Origin: Euglena gracilis
Lineage: Eukaryota
NCBI GenBank assembly: GCA_039621445.1
Contig: CP154954.1
Location: forward strand, 38,363,703 to 38,427,702
DNA: 64,000 bases
Direction of reading: 5' to 3'
Of this stretch, positions 11,809 to 23,455 are shown in pieces. Each line of letters starts with the position of its first letter. The stretch's first letter is position 1. A program made the translations under genes and the position numbers. The notes below the pieces were generated by a model. The model was not told where the DNA came from. It was given only the letters and a program-made list of their open reading frames with translations, and searched no databases.

Positions 11809-14673
11809 CCTCAAACCCCGAGGGGGGGGGGGTGGCAGTCCATTTTTTCCAGTGTCCAGCAACGCGGCTGGCCCGTGGACCCCCCAGGCAATAATGCAGG
11901 TCCTAAGTTTTAAGAAGAATCAAACCAGGAAAATGGTGGAGATTTCACCCACTCGGCCCAACCATTGGGTGTCATGGGAAGGCCGTTTTGATAGATGGTT
12001 CCCCAACCTGCCAAGGGTGGAGTCCAGCCCAAAGTTCAACGTCCCTCTGAACATTAAGCCAAACAATCACTGGAAGCTGCTCAGGTCAAAGTGCCAGAAG
12101 TGGTATTCAGCACCAGGCCAAAACCAGAAAATTTTGCTGGGCCAGGGCCAAAACATGCTGGGGGTGTTGCTATGTTGTTTTTATGGCAAAAACAAATCTC
12201 CCGGACATTTCCAACAGAAGCCAGGGGGGGCATATTTGGGGATTCAACGCTTGGTTACGCAGCTCTTTTTTTTTTTTGCCTTGCAGGCCTCAGCAGCCGC
12301 GGAGCAGCTCTGCAGCGGGACAGCTCCGCAGCGGGACAGCTCCGCCCCCCACCATCTGCCAGGCCTCTTTTTCCCCCTCACCCGTGTTTTGGGACCACCG
12401 GATGGCACTCCCTCTCCCCCAGCGCCATTTCCCCGCCGATGGGGGAGGTTGGTGAGGGGCCCATCGGTTTATGGGCCACCCATCAGCCTCCCCCCTCCTG
12501 GTGTTTTTTTTTTGAAGGGGACGGTGTGACGCTCAGCCGTGTGTGCGTGTGCCCGGGGGCAGGTTGGTGGGGGGCCCACAGAGATGTGGGCTGCCCATCC
12601 CCCTCCCCCTGTCGCGGTGCCCCTTCCCCCCTCCATGTGCCGGGAGATGGAAAGGAGGCCGCCCCCGAGGCCGCCCCCCAGCTGCCCCCCCCCCCCCCCG
12701 CCACTAAGCGCGGCTGGGCCAGGGCCCTGGGCCTGGCATACCGGCAGACCGCGGCCAAGGGGAAGGGGGACCCCCTTGGCCTTCCGCCACAAGAAGGGCC
12801 GGTTGGGAGCGGGGCCGTAGGGGAGGGTGAGGGGGGACACCGTAGCCGGGATTCCCAACCGGCCCTTCGCTTGTCGCCTGACTGCCCCGCCTGGCGGGGG
12901 CTGTCACACAGGAGGGCCCCGGGGGGGAAGGGGTTGGGGGTTGGGCACGCGGGGGAGGAATGACAGCTCCCAGGATCGCCTCAGCCGCCACCCAACCCTC
13001 CCTCCCTCCCTCCCTCCTCGATTACAACAACATCGGCACCTTCACCAACACCATCTTTTTTATTTGCCGTGCCCGGGGTGTCATTTCGGGGTGTCTGTTT
13101 GTCAGGCAGGTGGAGCAAGAAGAATGGGTTTTCAATGAGTTGAGTGGGGTGTTTTGAAGGGTTTTGTGAGGCACAATGGTCATAGGGCCTGTTCATTGGT
13201 TTGAAAATAATGTGAAGTCAATCTTGAGCTTGTGGGCAAATGTCAGGGTACTTCTTTGGGGGTTTGAATGACAATTTAGTGTTGCTTTGTTCCATGTGTT
13301 TTTCCCCACGGTGTTCCCCCCCTCTTTGATCTGAGAGCCCTGGGCACCTCCCGTCATATGGTGGCAGGATTAAAAGGGCTATGGTGATGGGCCATTGGTT
13401 TTCATTTTTGTGCAATTATTCCATCAACCTTACGGCATCAAACGACATCCACTGCTGTGCTGTGAAAGGGGGATGGGCAGGAGAAAGGGGGGTGGGTTTG
13501 GGAAAGAGGATGTTATGGTGCAATTCACCATGAACTCTTTGCATGTCCAGTGTGGTCAAGGTGACATTTTCATGGTTCACCTGTGAGCACCAAAAATTTT
13601 CGTGGCTACCATTGGTGGCACCCAAAAGCATTTTGTGGCTCACAACCCTGATTTTGTGGATTGTCCGTGGGACAATTTTGTGCTTTTCAAAATTTTTGCG
13701 GATGGCATTGCAATTTGCCATTATTCAGCAGCAGCGGGAGTCGTTTGTGGCCATCATTTTTTTGGTTGCTTCTGTTGTTGACTCAGTTGTTATTTTATTT
13801 TACTTTTTTTTGAACTATTTGAATATATATGTGGTATTTTTATATTCAGTTGATCATTATGACAGTTTTTTGTTTCGATTGTTTGTCACAAGTTTGTGTT
13901 TTATGAAGTTTGGTTGTTCAACATCTTTGTAGCTAGCTGGCTCTCTTGGATTATTTTGGGCATATTGTCTGTTTGTTTTCATGAGAATTTTGGTCTTTGA
14001 CATTTGCATTTTTCCATGTGGTTATTTTTTCCCACTCCATTGGGTCGGCCTTTCACAACGTGGCCCTACCACAACCCAACACCTCCAAATCCAGTGCCCC
14101 GTGGCACTGCGCACAAATCCAGTTGGTTTGCAGCTCCCCTTCCTTTTTTTTGCTATCTTTGTGGAGTGACCCGCACGCTGGCACACGCATGCACACCCAG
14201 GTTGGGGTAGCAAACCATGGTGGTCATCGCATCGATCATGGTACTCGACACCTCTCTCTCTGTCTCTGTCTCCGTCTCTGTCTTGCGCCTTGTTCCCACC
14301 TCACGCAGTCTGCGCCGCCCCCCCACCCCCCATATGTCTTTGGCTTGCGGCGCACGACCAGGGGACACTGAAGACGCTGCGGCCGGCGGCGGCGGCGGTC
14401 TGAGCGGCGGGTGCGGGTGCAGGTGCGGGCAGCGCCCCCAGTCCCCGGCTACCCCCCAGCCCCCGCAACGCCAACCACCACTGGCCGGCCTGTCCGTCAG
14501 GTGCCTTGTGCATTGAACGCAAGGCCGCCTGGCATTACCCCACCCACAGGGAGCAGGCTTCTGCTCAAAGGTTCGCAGCCTCCGGGGGGATATTCAAGTT
14601 GCACAATTTGCTTTTTGCATCATCCAAAGATTTGTGATTTTGCATTTTTTGCACATGGTTCATTTTTTGATAC

Positions 14674-14939
14674 CAGGGATTTTTTTAAGTTTGGACCCCT
14701 GGGGGGGGTAGGGTGGGTGGGTCCGGCCAAGCCCCCCCGGGGGGGGGTCCCCCCGGAGGGGGGTGGGATATACTTTTCGGCGCCGCAGGCGCCGAAAAAA
14801 TTCTATTTTTAGCACTTTTCGCGATTTTTCGGCCACTTTTTTGTGGGTCCTCCGGGACCCCCTCCCCCCCGGGGGGCCCCCCCAGGAGGTGGGTGGGTGG
14901 GGGGACCCCCCTCCCCCCCGGTCTTAAAAAAAACCCCTG
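14674..14939. mobile_element. hAT-type MITE, family A
   Basis: CAGGGATTTTTT...AAAAAACCCCTG; perfect TSD tttgatac. Confidence 0.93.
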
Positions 14940-14946
14940 TTTGATA

Positions 14947-15366
14947 CCCCCCCCCCCGGGCAATTGACGCCCCTGGCTGTGCCGGCCAATTTTTCATTCC
15001 AGGAAATTGTCACCCCCCTCCGTGCTGCCCAATTTGTCACCCCCCACAGAAGATGTTTGTGAATTTTCTTTTCGCCGACACGACTCGATTGAACCTCTAT
15101 TTCGCTACAACGTGCTGAGAAATGTCACATACCAAATGCTATGCACAATATCGCAACCATAGCTGCATTTTTACATATTCACTGGTGTTTCAGATGGTGT
15201 TCTTGGTCATTTGTATGGGTTCTTTGCCTGCATGGGTGGGCAATTGACGCCCCCAGGCAATTGTCACCCCCCTCTGTGCCGGCCAAATTGTCACCTCAGG
15301 AAATTGTCACCCCCCTCCGTGCTGCCCAATTTGTCGCGTGACAATTGCCCGGGGGGGGGGGGCGGA
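14947..15366. mobile_element. TA-flanked MITE with C-run/G-run termini
   Basis: TA|Cn-GGGCAATTG ... CAATTGCCC-Gn..|TA, with internal repeats AATTGTCACCCCC. Confidence 0.65.
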
Positions 15367-15547
15367 TAACCAAAAACTTGCGAATCGCCTTTTTTTGCAT
15401 TTTTGGAGATGCTTTTTTTGCTGATATTTTTGGGGGCAACAATGCACAGGCAAATTGCTTCATTACCAGACAACAGAAAGTTGTACATACATTTCTTGGC
15501 ATTTTTGCCGTTTCCCCCCCCCTTTTCGGGCATTTTTTTTGAAGGTA

Positions 15548-15955
15548 CCCCCCCCCCTAGTCGTACGACCACCCCTCATTCATGACCACCCCCCGGTCAC
15601 AGGTTGCAGGTCATGGGGGTGTTATGACCACCCCCCCCGGTCACAGGTTGCAGGTTGCGAAAAATTTAACCCCCAAAAATAAGTCCCCCCCTGGCCGGTC
15701 CGAGCAAAAATCCATGAAATGGACCCCCCCCCCAAAATAAGGTCCCCTCTGCCGGCGCGAAGCGCCGGATTTTTGAAAAATGGGACATTTTGGGGGGGTA
15801 AATCTGCCATTTTGGGACAGTTTTCACACATTTCTACGACCGCCCCCTCATCTATGACCACCCCCCGGTCACAGGTTGCAGGTTATGGGGGTGCTATGAC
15901 CACCCCCCCCCCCCGGTCACAGGTTGCAGGAACCCGGTCATACGACTGGGGGGGG
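15548..15955. mobile_element. TA-flanked MITE (Tc1/mariner-type TSD)
   Basis: TA|Cn-TAGTCGTACGACC ... GGTCATACGACTG-Gn|TA, with subterminal repeats ATGACCACCCCCCGGTCACAGGTTGCAGG x4. Confidence 0.85.
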
Positions 15956-17740
15956 TACTTTTTTCCCAGGTCTAATGCGTTTTGTCAGAGAAGAGTGCAA
16001 ATAACTGTCCAAAAATGTGCCCCATGTTCCATAACAAATACTGCTGCAAAGTGCAAAAGGATTCATTTGAAAAGGCCAACAATTTTCTAACAGTACAGGG
16101 TGCTATTCGCATTTTTTGGGCATTTTTTTTGCATTTTTTTGCCTTCCATATCCTGAGGCACCTTGGTGCATGTCCTCCCCTGGTCTGTGCATTCCGGAAT
16201 GGAGGCCTCTCATTTGTCCCCTCCCCCTCCCTGGTTGGGTTCGTCTACCCCGCCGTTTCATTTGTTAATCCTTCTTTTCAGGTCGGCCTCTCGCGACGCT
16301 GGCGGCCACAGCACCCCGCCACCAACCCAGCACCCCGAGGATCCAGAAAAAAAATGTGTTGGGCACATTGGTGGGTGATGGCACAGGCATAGCTTTTTGC
16401 GCCATCATTTGTACGTGCGCGCACAGACGCACACATATTCTGGTTCTGAGAACATTTGCGCGTTCAGAATCACTCTTCACACACCCGGCACCAGTGTTTG
16501 TTTGCCTGGTTTGTGGTGAGCGGGGGGGGGGCAGTGGGCTGAAGTGGCGGGGCAGTGGCAGCAGCAGCGGCAGCGTCAGCAGTCCCATCGCCTGCAAAGC
16601 TGGCGATCCCGCGAAGCTCGCGCAGAGAATGGTGTAGAATTGCCTCTCCAGCTTCCAGGGATCCAGTTCGGTTGGGTGTTTTGCGGGCGTCACAGAGGGG
16701 TCGGCACGAAGGTGTGATGACAGGCAAGTTTTTTTGACACCGACAGGCGGCGAAAATTGGTGAAAGTGGCGTGGAAGGAATGGGTTTGCGAAATCCCGCC
16801 AAAGTAATAATTTGGCGACTTCTTCCCAAAATGGTATTTTGCCACTGTTTTGGGAGGAAATCACCAAATTTTCCCTTGCACAATTTTTTCAAATTTATTT
16901 CGAGCACGATCCCCCCAACCCCTGGTGCTGCCTCCCACCACCCCCGACACCATGTGCAACTTTTTAATTTCTGCATTTTTTCTTTTGTTTGCTTTCATAT
17001 CTTTGTTTTCCTGAAACTGTTTGTTTTCCCCCAAATTTTTGGCACTGACGTTCCAGCATTTCCCAGAGTTTCAGCCTGGGGTTTTTTTTTGCGATTTTTG
17101 CCAGGGTGCCAATGGGCCCACATACTGCCACCACCAGACGTATGATGTCCCGGCCAGGCACTTCTAACCTTTTGGCCCAAGGTGGCTGGAAACCTCAGTT
17201 GTAGTTGTAGGACCAAGGCAGGTGGCAGGTCCAACCTCGCCGAAGCAAGCAAATGGCCGCCGGCGCGGTCGAAGCAAGCAAATGGCCGCTGGCGTGGCCG
17301 AAGCAAGCAAATGGCCGCTGGCGTGGCCGAAGCAAGCAAATGGCTGCTGGCGTGGCCGAAGCAAGCAAATGGCCGCCGGCGTGGCCGAAGCAAGCAAATG
17401 GCCGCCGGCGTGGCCGAAGCAAGCAAATGACCGCCGGCGTGGCCGAAGCAAACAAATGGCCGCTGGCTTGGCCAAAGCAAGCAAATGGCCGCTGGCGCGG
17501 CCGAAGCAAGCAAATGGCCGCTGGCGTGGCCTAAGTAAGCAAATGGCCGCTGGCGTGGCCGAAGCAAGCAAATGGCCGCCGGCGTGGCCGAAGCAAGCAA
17601 ATGGCCGCCGGCGTGGCCTAAGTAAGCAAATGGCCGCCGGCGTGGCCTAAGTAAGCAAGTGGCCGCTGGCGCGGCCGAAGCAAGCAAATGGCCGCTGGCG
17701 TGGCCGAAGCAAGCAAATGGCCGCCGGCGTGGCCTAAGTA

Positions 17741-18139
17741 CCTCCCCCCCCCCCTTGTCTAAGCACCACCCTTGTCTAAGCACCGCCCCCCCGGTTCTTA
17801 CCCATCTTTTTAAAGGTGATCGTCACAGGGAGGTTTATTTTGTGTGCATTTTTAAGGGAAATTTCTCAAAATTTTCGAAATTTCTGCAACTTCTAAGACC
17901 CGATTTGGTGAGGTATTGTTGACTTCTGCATCCAAATGTGTGTAAGTTCAACAGTGGACCTCCAAAATAAGGGGAATTTTCCCTTTCGGCGCGAAGCGCC
18001 GGATTTTTTTTTTGCAGTCAAATTTTCCCCCCTTGTCTAAGCACCACCCCCCTGGTTCTTACCCATATTTTGGCAAAATAAGCACCACCCCCCCCGGTTC
18101 TTACCCATCTTTTCCGGTTCTTAGACAAGGGGGGGGAGG
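17741..18139. mobile_element. TA-flanked MITE inserted in the minisatellite
   Basis: aagTA|CCTCn-TTGTCTAAG ... CTTAGACAA-GnAGG|TAagcaaat. Removing it plus one TA restores the variant unit aagTAagcaaat. Confidence 0.92.
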
Positions 18140-18257
18140 TAAGCAAATGGCCGCCGGCGTGGCCGAAGCAAGCAAATGGCCGCTGGCGTGGCCGAAGCAA
18201 GCAAATGGCCGCTGGCGCGGCCGAAACAAGCAAATGGCCGCCGGCGTGGCCGAAGTA

Positions 18258-18649
18258 CCCCCCCCCCCCTATGTCCAATGACCGCCCCTCCGGTCAGAGG
18301 ACACCTTTTCGGAGGTTTGACCAAATTTTTGGTCCCGGCGTGAAGCGCCGGGACGAAAAATTTTGCCCAAAAATTGGCCAAGAATTTGGTCAAAATGCCA
18401 TTTTTGACACTTTTTGGACAAAAATTTGTCAAAATTGCCCAAAGTTTTCGGCGCAAAGCGCCGGAAGGGAAAATTTGGGCATTTTTGGGTGGGTAGGGAC
18501 CCGGGTACGCACCAACTTTCTTTTGACCTCATGTCCAACGACCACCCCCCCGGTCAGAGGACACCTTTTTGGTCACTACCATATGTCCAACGACCACCCC
18601 CCCGGTCAGAGGACAGAGGTTACCGGTCGTTGGACATAGGGGGGGAGGG
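18258..18649. mobile_element. TA-flanked MITE inserted in the minisatellite
   Basis: aagTA|Cn-TATGTCCAA ... TTGGACATA-GnAGGG|TAagcaaat. Confidence 0.92.
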
Positions 18650-20551
18650 TAAGCAAATGGCCGCCGGCGCGGCCGAAGCAAGCAAATGGCCGCTGGCGTG
18701 GCCGAAGCAAGCAAATGGCCGCCGGCGTGGCCTAAGTAAGCAAATGGCCGCCGGCGTGGCCGAAGCAAGCAAATGGCTGGCGGCGTGGCCGAAATAAGCA
18801 AATGGCTGGCGGCGTGGCCGAAATAAGCAAATGGCCGCCGGCGTGGCCGAAGTAAGCAAATGGCCGCTGGCGTGGCCAAAGCAAGCAAATGGCCGGTGTG
18901 GCCGAAGCAAGCAAATGGCCGCTGGCGTGGCCGAAGCAAGCAAATGGCCGCTGGCGTGGCCGAAGCAAGCAAATGGCCGCTGGCGTGGCCAAAGCAAGCA
19001 AATGGCCGCTGGCGTGGCCAAAGCAAGCAAATGGCCGGTGTGGCCGAAGCAAGCAAATGGCCGCTGGCGTGGCCGAAGCAAGCAAATGGCCGCTGGCGTG
19101 GCCGAAGCAAGCAAATGGCCGCTGGCGTGGCCGAAGCAAGCAAATGGCCGCTGGCGTGGCCGAAGCAAGCAAATGGCCGCTGGCGCGGCCGAAGCAAGCA
19201 AATGGCCGCTGGCGCGGCCGAAGCAAGCAAATGGCCGCTGGCGTGGCCGAAGCAAGCAAATGGCCGCTGGCGCGACCGAAGCAAGCAAATGGCCGCTGGC
19301 GCGGCCGAAGCAAGCAAATGGCCACCGGCGTGGCCTAAGTAAGCAAATGGCCGCCGGCGTGGCCGAAGCAAGCAAATGGCTGGCGGCGTGGCCGAAACAA
19401 GCAAATGGCCGCCGGCGTGGCCGAAGTAAGCAAATGGCCGCTGGCGTGGCCAAAGCAAGCAAATGGCCGCTGGCGTGGCCAAAGCAAGCAAATGGCCGGT
19501 GTGGCCGAAGCAAGCAAATGGCCGCCGGTGTGGCCGAAGCAAGCAAATGGCCGCTGGCGTGGCCGAAGCAAGCAAATGGCCGCTGGCGTGGCCGAAGCAA
19601 GCAAATGGCCGCTGGCGTGGCCGAAGCAAGCAAATGGCCGCTGGCGTGGCCGAAGCAAGCAAATGGCCGCTGGCGTGGCCGAAGATTTGCTTGCTTGCGT
19701 CGTGGCCGAAGCAAGCAAATGGCCACTGGCGCGGCCGAAGCAAGCAAATGGCCGCCGGCGTGGCCTAAGTAAGCAAATGGCCGCCGGCGTGGCCTAAGTA
19801 AGCAAGTGGCCGCCGGCGTGGCCGAAGCAAGCAAATGGCTGGCGGCGTGGCCGAAATAAGCAAATGGCTGCCGGCGTGGCCGAAGTAAGCAAATGGCCGC
19901 TGGCGTGGCCAAAGCAAGCAAATGGCCGCTGGCGTGGCCGAAGCAAGCAAATGGCCGCTGGCGTGGCCGAAGCAAGCAAATGGCCGCTGGCGTGGCCGAA
20001 GCAAGCAAATGGCCGCTGGCGTGGCCGAAGCAAGCAAATGGCCGCTGGCGCGGCCGAAGCAGGCAAATGGCCGCCGGCGTGGCCAAAGCAAGCAAGCGGC
20101 CGCTGGTGCGGCAAATGGCTGCGAGTGCGGCCGAAGCAAGCAAATGGCTGCCGGCGCGGCCAAGCGAGCAAGCAGGTGGTTAAAGCGCAGCAGCCACAAG
20201 CCACGCAACCAAAGCAATTGCTGTCCTCGGTGAGCAGGTTCAAACGGGTGGTGAACAAATTTCAGGGCAGGTTACAAGTGCCTGGTCGGCAGTTGCATTA
20301 TTGTGCGACGGACCCGTCCCTTCCTGAAAACCCTGCTGATGTCTGGTGGTGGTCAGTGTTGCGCCATAACTGGCAGCACCCACCGGTCACGTGGTGGTTT
20401 GTGTGTTGCCTGCTTTTTGTTGTTTTTTCTTTCGGAGCAACCGATTCCCCCCTGAAGTTCAGACAGGTTTGCCGGACGTCATTTACCCCATTTTGTTGGG
20501 GTTTTTGTGCGGTGTTGTGTTCCGTGGGACACATCCATTGGGGGTCGCCAG

Positions 20552-20699
20552 GCGGCAGTGGCGCCACCGCCAGCCGCCGCAGCGGCCGAAGCGGGCCCCG
20601 GCCGCAGGGCCCCGACCCCGCAGCTCGGGGCCGCCGCGCAGCGGGCGAAGGAGCCCGCCGTGCTGCTGCGGTGCCCCCCAGACGCCTGAAGACCTGAAG
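20552..20699 (+). CDS. Putative exon (RQWRHRQPPQRPKRAPAAG...QTPEDLK)
   Basis: GC-rich block bounded by 'gtcgccag|' and '|gtgtgg'. Only one frame is open to the donor. Confidence 0.4.
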
Positions 20700-21867
20700 G
20701 TGTGGCACTGCCCCGAAACTCGATGCCGTTCTTGCATCCATCCAACCCCAGGGTGCCAAGTGATTGTTTGGTTTTGCACAGTGGCAGTCATCCCCAACCC
20801 CCCCCTCAGGGTGAAGGGCTGAAGAAGGGGGGGGTCCGGAAACCCCTCTCAAAATTACCAGAAAATTTTCTTCCCCGGCGATTTGCATCGAGAGATGTAT
20901 GTCGTTATCGTCTTTTTGGGGGGGGGTTTCTGGGTCAAAAAAATCTATTTTTGGGCATATTTTGTCAGTTTTTTTTAAGTATTTTTTTGCAATTTCAAAG
21001 TCACAAAATTGATTTTTTTTGATCCTCGGCTCGACCACTGGTTTACCCTAGCTCCAGCCCAGGACTCCTTTTTCCTGTTTCTCTCAGGCATTTGTCAACA
21101 ATGTGGAAGCAATCGTGTCCTTCAACAGATCCTGGAGGCCCTGGTCTTCATCCATTCTCCCAAGTCACAGGCACACCCCCCCTTCGGCTGCGTGGTTTTT
21201 TTTTTCTGCCCAGGTCTCTCACCATTTTGGGAGTTACAGCTGATATATCCGCCGGAGACGCTGCAACGCTGTGAATAATTAACACCGCTGCACATGATCA
21301 TTAAACCTCCCCCCCCCCAAACTTATACCCCCCTTGGGCCACAGCAATTGCAGGAACCCCAAAACTGTCACGGCCCATGGTTTGTTTTTTTGACGTTTTA
21401 TTGACATACAATCTCAAAGGATTGTCATGTGGAGTCACAGCAACGCGGGAAATGTGCAGAGATATTTTCCGAAATTCATGCCCCCACGCCCCGATTTACA
21501 CCGAAAATTGCCAAATTTTGCAAAATTTCGCTATTCAGGGGTGTTTACCAGCAGCGGTTCTGACGATAAAGGGGTTTCTGGGGGCAGGGAAACCCAGCTG
21601 ACCTGGTCCCAGGGGGGTGGTCGCACTTTTTGGCACACCCCATTTCCTGGCATTGAGGCAATCAGGCCCCGAAAATGAGAAGTTCGGTTAATCAATCTGG
21701 GGTTATTCGCCTGGCCCCTGCTTTGGCAGTTAATTGATCATCCCTGCCACCCCCTGGGTGGGGCAGCACCTTTTCCCAACCGGTTCCTAATTTGGTGTCA
21801 AAACCGACTTTCGAGCGCGGGTATTGCAAGTTTATGGGAATTTTTTTTCAATACCTTGGGTTCGGTG

Positions 21868-22168
21868 CATGGTTGTGCTGACCGACCGGGGGGCGGGGGA
21901 GGAGGGTGGGTGGTATAGGGTGCCTGCCCCTAGCAGCACATCCCCCCCGGGGGGTAGGGGAGGGGACCAAGAAAATTTTCATTGAAAATGCCTTTTCCGG
22001 GCCCCCGGCGCCTTCGGCGCGGTCGGAGGGGGGTGCCTGCAGTGGGCAGGCACCCCCCAAAACCCTATCCCCCCCGGGGGGGGTCGGATCGGGTGCTATG
22101 GGGTGCCTGCCCCTGGCCCCCCCCCCCCCCCCCCCCGTTGGGTAGGCACCCGACTCAGCACAAGCCTG
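21868..22168. mobile_element. hAT-type MITE, family C
   Basis: CATGGTTGTGCTGA...TCAGCACAAGCCTG; perfect TSD gttcggtg. The other host copies have empty sites (~24175, ~30079, ~48970). Confidence 0.93.
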
Positions 22169-22925
22169 GTTCGGTGAATTTGGCAACGGACAATGTGGTG
22201 TTCCCCCGTGACCCGAACCACCCCCTGTGCATGTGACGCTTCCTTCCGCACCTTCTGCAGATTCAATTGCAAGATATGACAATACATTGAGATTGAGCAA
22301 TTACCACGCTTTGGATGGAACCTGACTTTGAAATAATTCCGAAGATTTGGATGTTGGATGATTATGAAGGCGATGTCTCTCAAAATGACAGTATCAAAAG
22401 TGTACTTGATTCAGCAAGGGAAAGCACGAGGTTTGTCGAAAATTGAAAACAGCAGCCAATTTTGTTTGTAACGGGTTCTTTGAACCCCGTTTTATTATGG
22501 GGTTTATTTTTTTTTGCCAATCGACGGGAACCAAAATCTTGTGAATGTGACACAAAGCTGTTGAAACGGCCCTCAGTGGGGACAATTGAAAAAGGTGTTA
22601 GGTGATGCAAAATGAAAACGGCAAATAGGTGAACTGGATGACATACTGGATCATTTTTGAAGTGAGATTGAGGCAAGCGTTCCAGGAAAAGCCGCCCGAA
22701 ATTTGCACCGAAAAATTGCCACAATTTCGCCATTCGGGGGGTGTTGAGCAGGAGTTGTTCCAGTGATAATCGGGTTTCTGGGCCCAGGAACCCAGCTGAC
22801 CTGGTGGCACTTGTCTGTTAGTCGATTCACGGCAGTGCATCAAGTCTGTTAGTCGATCCTCACCAATTACGGTTAGGAATCCGCCAATGATGACGTGCCC
22901 ACTGTGGTGGGGTTGACATACCCAC

Positions 22926-23455
22926 AGGGTTAGGGTTAGGGTTAGGGATTGGGTTAGGGTTGGGTTGGGATTATGGTTTAGGGATACGGTTTAGATAGGG
23001 TTAGGGATAGGGTCAGGGATAGGGTTAGGGTTAGGGATAGTGACCAGGGATTTTTTTTAAGTTTGGACCCCCGGGGGGGGAGGGGGGGTAGGGTGGGTGG
23101 GTGGGTCCGCCGGACCCCCTCCCCCCCCCCCCGGGGGGGGTCCCCCCCGGAGGGGGGTGGGATATACTTTTCGGCGCCGCAGGCGCCGAAAAAATTCTAT
23201 TTTTAGCACTTTTCGCGATTTTCCGGCCATTTTTTGTGGGTCCCCCGGACCCCCCTCCCCCCCCCCCCGGGGGGGGACCCCCCCCAGGGGGGTGGGGGGG
23301 TGGGGGGGGGCCCCCCCCTCCCCCCCGGTCTTAAAAAAACCCCTGATAGTGACAGAGTTAGAGTCAGAGTTAGGTAAACGGTTAGGGATAGAGTTAGGGA
23401 TATGGTTAGGGTTGGTTAGGGTTAGGGATAGGGTTAGGGATGAGGTTGGGGTTGG
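22926..23455 (+). repeat. Degenerate interstitial (TTAGGG)n tract
   Basis: TTAGGG, ATAGGG and TTGGGG hexamers at 22926-23040 and 23354-23455, split by a MITE. Confidence 0.9.
23045..23345. mobile_element. hAT-type MITE, family A
   Basis: CAGGGATTTTTT...AAAAACCCCTG; perfect TSD atagtgac. Confidence 0.93.

Larger units (their letters stand above)
17239..20165. repeat. 29-bp minisatellite (GCCGAAGCAAGCAAATGGCCGCTGGCGTG)n
   Basis: Direct tandem repetition with period 29, matching the 29-aa (3-unit) periodicity in the ORF track. Interrupted by two MITEs. Confidence 0.97.

Noticed and set aside
11852-13932. Transposase or other protein in the 100-290 aa ORFs
   Set aside because: No recognisable motif was found. 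These may be decayed elements, but no call is supportable without a homology search.
17239-20165. CRISPR array (29-bp repeats)
   Set aside because: The units are directly adjacent with no unique spacers, there are no cas genes, and the context is eukaryotic.
18529-20258. Long ORFs of 300-500 aa in the minisatellite
   Set aside because: They are open in several frames on both strands simply because the unit lacks stops; there is no other coding signal.
22926-23455. True chromosome end or telomere fusion
   Set aside because: The tract is short, degenerate, single-orientation and enclosed by TIRs and a TSD.
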